From contig NIVC01002876.1 of NCBI GenBank assembly GCA_002269645.1, forward strand, positions 68,605 to 132,604: 64,000 bases of DNA, read 5' to 3'. This DNA is from Macrostomum lignano (taxonomy: Eukaryota). The notes below the pieces were generated by a model. The model searched no databases. It saw only the letters and a list, made by a program, of their open reading frames with translations, and had not been told where the DNA came from. Position numbers and translations under genes: made by a program. Positions 1-11,216 of this stretch are shown here, one piece after another (within the stretch, counting starts at the first letter, position 1; each line of letters starts with the position of its first letter).

Positions 1-1316
1 CTAGAAACGGCACGGCGGTGTCGCTGCGCCACGTGGTCGGATTGCAGGCTCCGCCTAGAAACACGGAGCAGCGCGGCTCGTCGCTTAGCAACGGCCTGCC
101 GCCGCCGCCGCCACCAACGACGACAACTCCGCGCCGTAGACTGGGACGGCGCCATCTGCCGAAGCCGACACCGACGCTAGATCTTCGACGATAAGCGACG
201 CTTGGACCCCCGGCCGGGGCCGATGCGCCGATGCTGAAGCGACTTTTCTTGCGACGATTTTTCAGACAGCCGACCAGCACGCAGAATAGCTCGAATGAGA
301 AGCCGCCGCCAAGTCCGCAGCCGTTGGTCCGACTTTGCCGGCTCCTGCTGGCTCGGAGTGCCGCTTTCAGGCTGGCCGGGAAATCGCTGCACTGCAGCTC
401 CAGTACTGTGGGGGGCGGTATGTTTGAGTTTAATTTAAAATGAATTTTAAATACGAGGTCATGGCAAAAACGTGAATATAAGAATCTCGTTCACGTTTTT
501 CATGAATTTTTTTCTCGCTTGGGATCAGATTGGCTTTTGTCAGTTATCGTGACGCTAGTCCGTAAAGAGGCAAGCAGTCATGCTTATTCCGATGAAGCTT
601 TCAGCACGCAGGGGTACACGCTCACACTCACACACGCTTATATACACACACTCTCTCATATACGTTTACACACGCTGAAACTCGCTCAAACCCGCTCACA
701 CACGTTCACACACGCTCACACATGCTCATACACGGTCATTCACGCTCACACACGCTCATACATGTTCAGAACGCTCATACACGCTCACACAATCACACAC
801 GCTCACACATGCTCATACACGGTCATTCACGCTCACACACGCTCATACACGCTCACACAATCACACACGCTCACACATGCTCATACACGGTCATTCACGC
901 TCACACACGCTCATACACGCTCACACGCTCATACATGTTCGGAACGCTCATACAATCACACACGCTCACACATGCTCATACACGGTCATTCACGCTCACA
1001 CACGCTCATACATGTTCAGAACGCTCATACACGCTCACACAGAATCACACACGCTCACACTCTCACACACGCTCACACTCACACACGCTCACACTCTCAC
1101 ACACGCTCACTCTCACACACGCTCACACACTTTCACACACACTTTGTGTACAAAAGTACAGCAAAATTAGCAAATTTGGGACACTCACTCTGCGACCTGC
1201 TAGGATAGATGCCAAACCGATGGGCAGCCTTTTGAATTCGTTGCACCAGAGGGCCGCCTCGGTCTGTCCGGGCCGCGCTGTCCAATTCGTAGCGATCGAA
1301 TGCCGCCCTGAGCTGC
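1..1316 (-). CDS. raw: Raw-like protein (nucleoside 2-deoxyribosyltransferase-like 'raw repeat' domain), partial gene running off the window's left edge; exons approx. 1197-1316 and 1-405 (or 1-386)
   Basis: Minus-strand frame not in the ORF track reads ...SFELFCVLVGCLKNRRKK...SDEPRCSVFLGGACNPTTWRSDTAVPFL, matching the VFLGGSCNPTTWR motif of Drosophila Raw-family proteins. The upstream exon 1316-1197 (ctcgccag|G CAG CTC...CCT AGC AG|gtcgca) reads QLRAAFDRY...FGIYPS. The splice phase between these exons is unresolved and the 5' exons were not found. Confidence 0.7.
620..1140. repeat. CA-rich degenerate minisatellite (cacacgct/catacacgct units) in an intron of the raw-like gene
   Basis: Direct inspection; source of the His/Thr-rich pseudo-ORFs 519-1208, 722-1351 and 877-1170. 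Confidence 0.9.
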
Positions 1317-1721
1317 CTGGCGAGTTTATTTTAGTGTGTTGGTTTTTTTAAACTACTTAGCTCGTATATGAATCAATAAATCAGTAGCTAAGTACGAATA
1401 TAACATCAAGAAGTTATTCTATTCTTACTGTAAAAACTTCGATTTCATCAATTGACACAGTCAATTGGCAATAAAGTGGGCAATTAGGTCCGTAGCTACT
1501 TTTAAAACTTTAAAACAGTTTTAATTAACAAGCTAGGCGCAGTATAAGTGCACCGCTTGTTGACAGCGCGCCTGTCTCTGACATACAGTGCTGACAGTGG
1601 GCTTTTATAACAGAACTGAAAGTTTACGAATAAATAATTAAAAGGAATTGATGCATAATTAGAATAAATAATTAAAAGGAATTGATGTATAATTAGCTAA
1701 CCTTATCATTTTGGTTTGATT

Positions 1722-4253
1722 GGGAGGTGGAGGACCTGGGAGAGTGGTGGAGGATCTGGGAGGGTGGTGGAGGACCTGGGAGGGTGGTGGAGGATCTGGT
1801 AGGGTGGTGAAGGATCTGGGAGGGTGGTGAAGGATCTGGGAGGGTGGTGAAGGATCTGGGAGGGTGGTGAAGGATCTGGGAGGGTGGTGAAGGATCTGGG
1901 AGGGTGGTGAAGGATCTGGGAGGGTGGTGGAGGATCTGGGAGGGTGGTGGAGGACCTGGGAGGGTGGTGGAGGATCTGGTAGGGTGGTGAAGGATCTGGG
2001 AGGGTGGTGAAGGATCTGGGAGGGTGGTGAAGGATCTGGGAGGGTGGTGAAGGATCTGGGAGGGTGGTGAAGGATCTGGGAGGGTGGTGAAGGATCTGGT
2101 AAGGTGGTGAAGGATCTGGGGTGGTGGAGGATCTGCAAAGGTGATGGAGGATTTGGGAGGGTAGTGAAGGATCTGGTAGGGTGGTGAAGGATCTGGGAGG
2201 GTAGTGAAGGATCTGGGAGGGTGGTGGAGGATCTGCAAAGGTGATGGAGGATCTGGGAGGGTAGTGAAGGATCTGGTAGGGTGGTGAAGGATCTGGGAGG
2301 GTAGTGAAGGATCTGGTAGGGTGGTGAAGGATCTGGGAGGGTGGTGGAGGATCTGCAAAGGTGATGGAGGATCTGGGAGGGTAGTGAAGGATCTGGTAGG
2401 GTGGTGAAGGATCTGGGAGGGTGGTGGAGGATCTGCAAAGGTGATGGAGGATCTGGGAGGGTAGTGAAGGATCTGGTAGGGTGGTGAAGGATCTGGGAGG
2501 GTAGTGAAGGATCTGGGAGGGTGGTGGAGGATCTGCAAAGGTGATGGAGGATCTGGGAGGGTAGTGAAGGATCTGGTAGGGTGGTGAAGGATCTGGGAGG
2601 GTAGTGAAGGATCTGGTAGGGTGGTGAAGGATCTGGGAGGGTGGTGGAGGATCTGCAAAGGTGATGGAGGATCTGGGAGGGTAGTGAAGGATCTGGGAGG
2701 GTCGTGAAGGATCTGGTAGGGTGGTGGAGGATCTGGGAGGGTGGTGGAGGATCTGCAAAGGTGATGAAGGATCTGGGAGGGTAGTGAAGGATCTGGGAGG
2801 GTAGTGAAGGATCTGGTAGGGTCGTGAAGGATCTGGTAGGGTGGTGGAGGATCTGGGAGGGTGGTGGAGGATCTGCAAAGGTGATGGAGGATCTGGGAGG
2901 GTAGTGAAGGATCTGGTAGGGTGGTGAAGGATCTGGGAGGGTAGTGAAGGATCTGGTAGGGTGGTGAAGGATCTGGGAGGGTGGTGGAGGATCTGCAAAG
3001 GTGATGGAGGATCTGGGAGGGTAGTGAAGGATCTGGGAGGGTCGTGAAGGATCTGGTAGGGTGGTGGAGGATCTGGGAGGGTGGTGGAGGATCTGCAAAG
3101 GTGATGAAGGATCTGGGAGGGTAGTGAAGGATCTGGGAGGGTAGTGAAGGATCTGGGAGGGTCGTGAAGGATCTGGTAGGGTGGTGGAGGATCTGGGAGG
3201 GTGGTGAAGGATCTGGGAGGGTGGTGAAGGATCTGGGAGGGTGGTGAAGGATCTGGGAGGGTGGTGGAGGATCTGGGAGGGTGGTGGAGGACCTGGGAGG
3301 GTGGTGGAGGATCTGGTAGGGTGGTGAAGGATCTGGGAGGGTGGTGAAGGATCTGGGAGGGTGGTGAAGGATCTGGGAGGGTGGTGAAGGATCTGGGAGG
3401 GTGGTGAAGGATCTGGGAGGGTGGTGAAGGATCTGGTAAGGTGGTGAAGGATCTGGGGTGGTGGAGGATCTGCAAAGGTGATGGAGGATTTGGGAGGGTA
3501 GTGAAGGATCTGGTAGGGTGGTGAAGGATCTGGGAGGGTAGTGAAGGATCTGGGAGGGTGGTGGAGGATCTGCAAAGGTGATGGAGGATCTGGGAGGGTA
3601 GTGAAGGATCTGGTAGGGTGGTGAAGGATCTGGGAGGGTAGTGAAGGATCTGGTAGGGTGGTGAAGGATCTGGGAGGGTGGTGGAGGATCTGCAAAGGTG
3701 ATGGAGGATCTGGGAGGGTAGTGAAGGATCTGGGAGGGTCGTGAAGGATCTGGTAGGGTGGTGGAGGATCTGGGAGGGTGGTGGAGGATCTGCAAAGGTG
3801 ATGAAGGATCTGGGAGGGTAGTGAAGGATCTGGGAGGGTAGTGAAGGATCTGGTAGGGTCGTGAAGGATCTGGTAGGGTGGTGGAGGATCTGGGAGGGTG
3901 GTGGAGGATCTGCAAAGGTGATGGAGGATCTGGGAGGGTAGTGAAGGATCTGGGAGGGTAGTGAAGGATCTGGGAGGGTCGTGAAGGATCTGGTAGGGTG
4001 GTGGAGGATCTGGGAGGGTGGTGGAGGATCTGCAAAGGTGATGGAGGATCTGGGAGGGTAGTGAAGGATCTGGGAGGGTAGTGAAGGATCTGGTAGGGTC
4101 GTGAAGGATCTGGGAGGGTGGTGGAGGATCTGGGAGGGTGGTGGAGGATCTGCAAAGGTGATGGAGGATCTGGGAGGGTAGTGAAGGATCTGGGAGGGTA
4201 GTGAAGGATCTGGGAGGGTAGTGAAGGATCTGGGAGGGTCGTGAAGGATCTGG
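1722..4253. repeat. 20-bp G-rich minisatellite (gtggtgaaggatctgggagg and variants such as gtgatggaggatctgcaaag), about 2.5 kb, with higher-order blocks
   Basis: Exact 20-bp periodicity visible in the sequence lines; generates the 678-851 aa Pro-rich pseudo-ORFs in all three minus frames. Confidence 0.97.
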
Positions 4254-5030
4254 TCCTTCACTTAGCCAGCACTTAACTACTATTCGCTAAAAATTCACAT
4301 ATTTCTAATAAGCTAAATCTCTTTGCACAGAGACACACCCAGAAAAGAGATAGGCAGACACAGTGAATTGAAGCAAAATGTATTATTTCAGAAAATAGAA
4401 CGTTGTTTTGTTAAAAGAACTTGCGCCTCTTCGCAGTTTATTTTATAGCGAATCAATAGTGTATATAAAAAACAGTATAGTTATTGAACAAGGCTTAAGA
4501 AATAGTGTACATAAAAATCAAATCAATAAACTCTTTTTTCAGAGGCGGCACACATTGTATTTTACACTAGTAGTATTTATCACAGAAGGAATTTAGGACG
4601 GAACCGCAAAATATATTACTACTAGTAGATCAAACGAGGCGGAAAACCAAATAGGAAGGGAAGTTTAAGTAAGGTAGCCGAATAAAGAGTTGGAGTGAGA
4701 AGAATAGAGAAATAAAAAAGTTTTGCTACAGCTTTTAAAGTACACACAGTGAATTTCTCCAATCAGTTGCATACTCAATGGACCTCTCCCTTTTGGCCAT
4801 AGACTATGAAGAGCAAGTCTTAAAAACAGCTTGATTCTCCTACTACTAAGATTGCCTACTGAACAGTAGCAAGTAAAGAATATAAAGCTAATTTCTTTTA
4901 GTGTGTTAAAAGTTCAACTCACGCGAACTTTCCCAGTGCTTGAAGTGCGTTTAACAATGAAAATCCTTAACTATAGCATAATTTTAGTCTCAATAAAACA
5001 TCCCAGTCGAGATTCCTCCAGTTTCTCTAT

Positions 5031-8000
5031 TCATAGCAGCCGCATCAAGCTGCTAGGCGTGCCGGAGGCGGCGGCGGCGTTGCCCCCGTGTCCGGCGCCG
5101 CTAGTCGCTTTGCTGCCGGTGCCGCTGGAACGCATCCGGCCTCGACTGCCAGCGGCTGCGGCAGCGGCGGCTGCAGCCTCCGCCTCCTGCTGCTGCCGCT
5201 TCCTATTGAGCAAGTAGGCCTGATAAGCGCCAGGCGGCAGCGTCGCCGAGGCGTCCGTCCGTTTAGCGGCCGATTCGCGCACCTTGTCCTGAAAGGTCGG
5301 GATCTTCTGGCGCGGCCTAGGGATCAACTGCAGCGAGCCCGGCTTGCAATGGCTCGGCACGCCGACCTCAGGCAGCGTATCGGCCGAAGCTGCCGTCTCC
5401 GCCGCCGGGGCCTCGTCGTCATCGTCTGCATCGGCGATCTCGTCCAGTGGCACATCCTCCTCAGTGTGGTGCGTCACCGCCGTGTCCGGTCGACTGGCCG
5501 ATCGCCGCTCGGCCGCCGTAGTCGGCAACCCGGCCACCGCCTCGGCCAGCAAGTCGCGCAGCCGACGCAGCAGACGTTCGCCGTCGGCCTCGCCGACAGG
5601 CATCTGCAGTGCCTGTTTGAGAATATCGGCTGCGGCGCTGACGCCGGCCCGGGCGGCCTCGTTCTCGGCTTCGGCTCTGCTGAGATCGTCCTCGGCGGCC
5701 CGTTTCAAGGACTCCTGCTCGTCCAGCTGTTGGGCCAGCGATTCGATCTCTTCGCGCTGCTCTTCTACCTATATAAATTTTAGATTATTGAGATTAGACA
5801 CTGTACTCATTGTTGCACGCGTAATTGTTTTGTCTTCCTGTTAATTTATTGACTTTTTGCAGTGCTTTTTTGCGTGATCTCTACCCCACCACTCCCTTCA
5901 TCTCTACCCCACCACTCCCTTCATCTCTACCCCACCACTCCCTTCATCTCTACCCCACCACTCCCTTCATCTCTACCCCACCACTCCCTTCATCTCTACC
6001 CCACCACTCCCTTCATCTCTACCCCACCACTCCCTTCATCTCTACCCCACCACTCCCTTCATCCCTACTACACTGCTGCCTTAATCTTTACACCACCACT
6101 CCCTTCATCTCTACCCCACCACTCCCTTCATCCCTACTACACTGCTGCCTTAATCTCTACACCACCACTCCCTTCATCCCTACTACACTGCTGCCTTAAT
6201 CTCTACACCACCACTCCCTTCATCTCTACCCCACCACTCCCTTCATCCCTACTACACTGCTGCCTTAATCTCGACACCACCACTCCCTTCATCTCTACCC
6301 CACCACTCCCTTCATCCCTACTACACTGCTGCCTTAATCTCGACACCACCACTCCCTTCATCTCTACCCCACCACTCCCTTCATCCCTACTACACTACTG
6401 CCTTCATCTCTACTCCATCATTCCCTTTATCTCTACTCCACCACTCCCTTCATCTCTACTCCACCATTCCCTTCATCTCTACTCCACCATTCCCTTCATC
6501 TCTAATCCACCATTCCCTTCATCTCTACTCCACCACTCCCTTCATCTCTACTCCATCATTCCCTTCGTCTCTACTCCACCACTCCCTGTATCTCTACTCT
6601 ACCACTCCCTTCATCTATCTGTCATACATCACTACCTGTGCATTCCTAATCAGAAGAATTCTCCCCCTCCGCACTTGAATTGCCCGGAAACAAGCAGCAA
6701 CGAAGACTCAGAAAGACAAACAAGAAGCCCCGTAACCGCACCTGAACGCGCAGGTTTTCGCTCTCCCGTTCCATGGCTTCCATTTCGGCCTCGCGTCGCT
6801 TGAACTCGTCAACAAGCAGGTCGAGCTCCTTCCGTTTCTGGCGCAGCATCAGTATGATGCGCTGGTGGCAGGCAAACTTAGTGGCCGACTCTTTCTGGCC
6901 GCGCTCCAGCTCCGCTATGCGACGGCGCTGCTCGCGAAGGCGCTTACGAATCTCCGCGTTCTCCTCCATCAGCTCCACCTGATCACGGGTTGGTTGTATA
7001 ATCTGTATTGTCTCTAACAAATCACAATAGGCTTAATTTAGGTTTAAAAATAGAAATTAATAGCAATACACATAGCACCTTCAACATTGCACATTCAACA
7101 AGCTCGCCAATGCTGTACGCAGGCACGCACTCATACACACGCTCACGCAGGGTGTACAACAGCTCTATCTATTCGTCAGACATGTACACTCTCTTGGGGG
7201 GCTGGCCCTCAAGGGCACGACAACCCATCGGCCAATTTTTGTGCACACGAGCCCCAAATGAACGCGTTTGCGCACGGAATCGAACCACGGGCTCGTGACG
7301 CGAGAGTCAGACCCGTTTACCTCTGAGCTGCTCCTCCCCCAATACATCAATCATTTGAAATTTAATTTAAAAAGTTGCATATTTCATAGAGCTGCTAGCC
7401 TATTACAGCTTCATTTTGCACTCGCTTACGGTGCTTGTCTAGAGACATACTCAGCCGTGAACTAATAATAATAACTGATTACACCTGCACTGACGGGCAG
7501 ATTTGCAACTGGCAGCTCAGCCGCAGCTATTAATTGCGCAGCGCATCTGAAGGCTGCGTACCGATGTTCAGTCCAAGGATTGGGGGGTCGTCTCCATACA
7601 CAGTCTCAACTACCCCAGCTAATGCTGGCACCCATTTTACAGCTGGGTGAACTGACCCACTAACTTGCTCACCTGTTTCTCAGACATCTTGAACATCTGC
7701 GATTGTATAGACACATTCTCTCGAATAGTTCGCTTAGTAGTTTCGGCCATTTGTTTGTTAGAAACTTTGCGAAAATCCGCCGCCACGTGGTTAACTCGGG
7801 TCACCATGTCCTTTTTAAGCCGGTCTCTGTCCAGCTGGCGGGGTTAAACAAACAATCGTAGAATAAAATCACAAATTTAAATGGAAAATTTGACATAAAA
7901 AGTAACAAAAAAATCAGTGATAATTTCCTACCAGATTTTTAGCGTGAATCCTCTGCTTAGCAGCCTCGTGATCCTCCAGCATCTTGTTAAACTCCTCAGT

Positions 8001-8501
8001 GAGCGCATTGTACCTGGCTATGATGACTTCGCGATCCCGTTTAAACTCTTCTAACGAGGCTAATTTGGTTGCGGCCAAGTTGTTCTCGCTGGTCAGCTGG
8101 TCCTTCATCTCCTGGAACTCGGTGCGAAGCCGCTGCAACAGCTGCTCCCATTCTTCTTTTTTCTGCTCCTTGAGCTGGCGCTGACCGGTGAGTCGGTCCT
8201 GCAGCTCGGCAATTTCGTCGTCCCTCTGCTCCATGGTCTTCTTGAGAAAGGCGACCGAGTCTTGGCGAGTCTTGCTGCTGTCCTCGAATGCGCTGAGCAG
8301 CTGGCTGTTCACCTGCTCGAGCTGGCGGTGCTTCTCCTGGTAGCGAGCGAGCCGGCGCTCCCAGTCCTGGATGTGCTCAAGCAGCTGCTCAAGCGACAAC
8401 TCGTAGCTATAATCTGGCCCCTCCTCTTCTTCTTGCTCCTCGGCTTCGTCTTCTCGCTTGCCTTTGCTAGCCTTCTTGCCAGCTTTCTTCTTTGGCGGCA
8501 T
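5031..8501 (-). CDS. CFAP157: Cilia- and flagella-associated protein 157; 4 exons: 7932-8501, 7673-7834, 6742-6978, 5031-5768 (568 aa)
   Basis: All introns are GT-AG and phase 0. The spliced protein MPPKKK...IQDWERRLARYQEK...FQEMKDQLTSENNLAATKLASLEEF...LDRDRLKKDMVTRVNHVAADFRKVSNKQMAETTKRTIREN...HQRIILML...CKPGSLQLIPR is collinear with vertebrate CFAP157 ([61 protein letters not shown]). Confidence 0.9.
5878..6615. repeat. 23-bp C-rich minisatellite (ctctaccccaccactcccttcat) with longer composite variants, in CFAP157 intron 3
   Basis: Direct periodicity. Confidence 0.95.
7485..7655 (-). mobile_element. 5'-truncated copy of the tRNA/CORE-like SINE, in CFAP157 intron 2
   Basis: Shares ccccagctaatgctggcacccattttacagctgggtgaactga and cagctcagccgcagctatt...gcatctgaaggctgcgtac with the copy at 34370-34899. 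Confidence 0.8.
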
Positions 8502-8619
8502 CTTTTCTTTTCAAAGGCTGATTGACGTGCAGATAGTTGATTAATATTTGGTGGCTGACGAGCATGCAACAGGAGGTTAAGTGCTTTATGTTAATACGAG
8601 GGTGTCCATTCAGCGTGTG

Positions 8620-9255
8620 TCTCTTAGTATCTATCTATGTGTCCTAGCATCCGTCTATGTGTCCGTTTTAGTGTCTCTTAGTATCCATCCATGTGTCCTA
8701 GCATCCGTCTATGTGTCCGTTTTAGCGTGTCTTAGTATCCATCCATGTGTCCTAGCATCCGTCTATGCGTCCGTTTTAGTGTGTCTTAGTATCTATCCAT
8801 CCATGTGTCCTAGCATCCGTCTATGTGTCCGTTTTAGTGTCTCTTAGTATCCATCCATGTGTCCTAGCATCCGTCTATGTGTCCGTTTTAGCGTGTCTTA
8901 GTATCCATCCATGTGTCCTAGCATCCGTCTATGCGTCCGTTTTAGTGTGTCTTAGTATCTATCCATCCATGTGTCCTAGCATCCGTCTATGCGTCCGTTT
9001 TAGTGTGTCTTAGTATCCATCCATGTGTCCTAGCATCCGTCTGTGTGTTTCAGTGTGTCTTAGTATCCATCCATGTGTCCTAGCATCCGTCTATGCGTCC
9101 GTTTTAGTGTGTCTTAGTATCTATCCATCCATGTGTCCTAGCATCCGTCTATGCGTCCGTTTTAGTGTGTCTTAGTATCCATCCATGTGTCCTAGCATCC
9201 GTCTGTGTGTTTCAGTGTGTCTTAGTATCCATCTGTGTCCTAGCATCCGTCTATA
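8620..9255. repeat. About 55-59-bp minisatellite (gtgtcttagtatccatccatgtgtcctagcatccgtctatg..ccgttttagt) upstream of the CFAP157 ATG
   Basis: Direct periodicity. Confidence 0.9.
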
Positions 9256-9386
9256 CACCGTTTGAAATAAAGCAGAAAGAAGACAACCGCAGAAGCAGAA
9301 GCCCAGCTGCAAGCCAACTACGCATCAGCTCTCATCTCATATCAAGCCGACGTTTGGGGGTGTTTCAAAAGTAACGAGAATTTTGT

Positions 9387-10000
9387 TATAATCCATAAAA
9401 ATAAAGACTTTCTGTGACAATATTTGCGTTCTCCGAGATTTTATTTGGTAATATTCAATAATATCCCGTAAAGTCTTTATGTCTATGGTTTATACGAGAT
9501 TACACATGCCTTTTTCGGGAGTTATTTTCATAAATCCCTCGGGCCTCAGGCCCTCGTGATTTATACAAATAACTCCCTCAAAAGGCATGTTTAATCTGAT
9601 ACATAACTTTTGATGGGATGTACGTATGAACCTGAAATTTTCACCCAACAATATGAACAACTAAAAGCTTTATATTTTAAGCCTTATATAGCTGCAAGCA
9701 ACTGTGTAACCGTAAATGAAAATCCATGCCTCGAGATTGAAGATTACGATTTTTGTCTATGGCAAAAAGACTCAAAAAGTTTAAAATTTGAAGGCGTTTA
9801 AACTTCAAATTGTTTGAAGTTTAAACAATTTGAATTTAAACAATTAATGGTTGTTTAAACAATTTAAACAACCATAGACAATTGCAAAAAAGCAATTGTC
9901 TATGGTTGCTGAGTCTATGGAGCAAACACACATGGGAAGGAATCGGTTTGCGCGCAGTGTTCAGCCTGGCTAACATTAGTCTATGGCCAAAACTTGTGTT
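9387..10000. other. Cluster of perfect and near-perfect hairpins with recurring CCATAGAC/GTCTATGG motif (probable non-autonomous palindromic DNA element relics)
   Basis: Inverted arms 9393-9411/9470-9488; long imperfect stem 9497-9597 centred on gggcc-tca-ggccc; gtttaaacttcaaa-ttg-tttgaagtttaaac near 9797-9827; caaccatagacaattgc-aaaaaa-gcaattgtctatggttg 9869-9908. Confidence 0.65.
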
Positions 10001-11216
10001 GAAATCAACAGGCTCTTATGGATTCTTGTGCAGTCAACTTTCATGGGAGAGTCAATTGCTTGTTTGTCTTTTTCTCACTTTTTTTCTCTAACCTTTATGT
10101 ACATAACACTGGCCTGTTCACACGCGCTCCTTCGAATAAACTTTTTCTTGACCACATCATGGAGCTGAGATCCGCAGCTTTCATTTGAATCAAGTTACAA
10201 TTGAAACGGACTGAAATTATGTCCGCTAGAAGACATAGTAGCAAGGGTTCCGGAACTTTTGACGGACAGTAGTTTCAGTGCATTATTGCAGTGTGTGAAT
10301 TCTCATAAACGGTGATCACATCAGCTGCAAGCTGGAACCCGCACTCATCGGGGTCAGGCAATAATTCATTGGGTAAACAATAGCGCTAAACTCTGTGCAT
10401 GCAATCCCAAATACAGGAAAAGAGCCCGGCGTGGGCTACAGCATGTACATGTATACGCTTCACTGCCAATCCAGTTTTTTTCGGATAGAGAGAAGATGGG
10501 AAAGAGACTTTTGGTTGAGGCTTAATCGCTAGGCAAATATGCATACCTAATGTGTACCCACATCAGTACGGGCTTAATTACCTAAATGTATGTACACTCA
10601 GTGTCGCTAACAGGAGGCAGTAATGCCGGATACAGAATACGAAACAATTCTGCATCAAACAGGTGCTTGCATATTAATGGCAGTATCTACTAAATTGGGA
10701 AATAATTTTATACCTATATGTGCGAGGATAGATCAAATTGGATGAAACCTAATGTTGTTGCTAAGGGAAAATCTTGATAATAATTGTGGTAGCTAGCGTG
10801 CAAGTGCACTACAAGAAATGCATATACGAGTATACGCCAGGTCGCGTACAGCAGAAGCTCAAACCTATACGTAGGCAGTATTAAAATTGAAACACAGCAG
10901 CAGATAGGTATGAGAGGCTGAATGCAGCAACTGTAAACTAGCCAATGAACAACTGCCTGTATAGCCTCTAATTGCATCTCACTGGCTGCCAAGCGCAGGG
11001 GAAGCTGCAGAAGAAACAAAGAGAGGAATGATAGCAGCATATAAGATATTTCTGCCAAGCTGTCCAACAGAGCGCCTGAAAACGCAGCAAGCGAACAGGA
11101 CTAGTTCGTCAAACACTTCTTATTAACAATAGGAGCATTTGAAGCGGCTATAGCGAGTAGATTTCTAAGGCGAGACTTAACTGTAACTAAAGAGCGCACA
11201 AGCCCCCAACGCAGCC

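Noticed and set aside
1659-4261. 678-851 aa Pro/Ser/His-rich ORFs (extensin/mucin-like)
   Set aside because: Open in all three minus frames purely because a 20-bp repeat lacks stops; no unique sequence, signal peptide or splice support.
5088-5844. Plus-strand ORFs 5088-5783 and 5344-5844, and similar antisense ORFs over ALG3, MORN3, CDC40, the hAT transposase and BAP31-like exons
   Set aside because: Shadow ORFs opposite GC-rich real exons.
10714-11067. 117-aa hydrophobic minus-strand ORF
   Set aside because: No recognisable motif, no splice or codon-bias support; lies in the presumed promoter region of the calmodulin-like gene.
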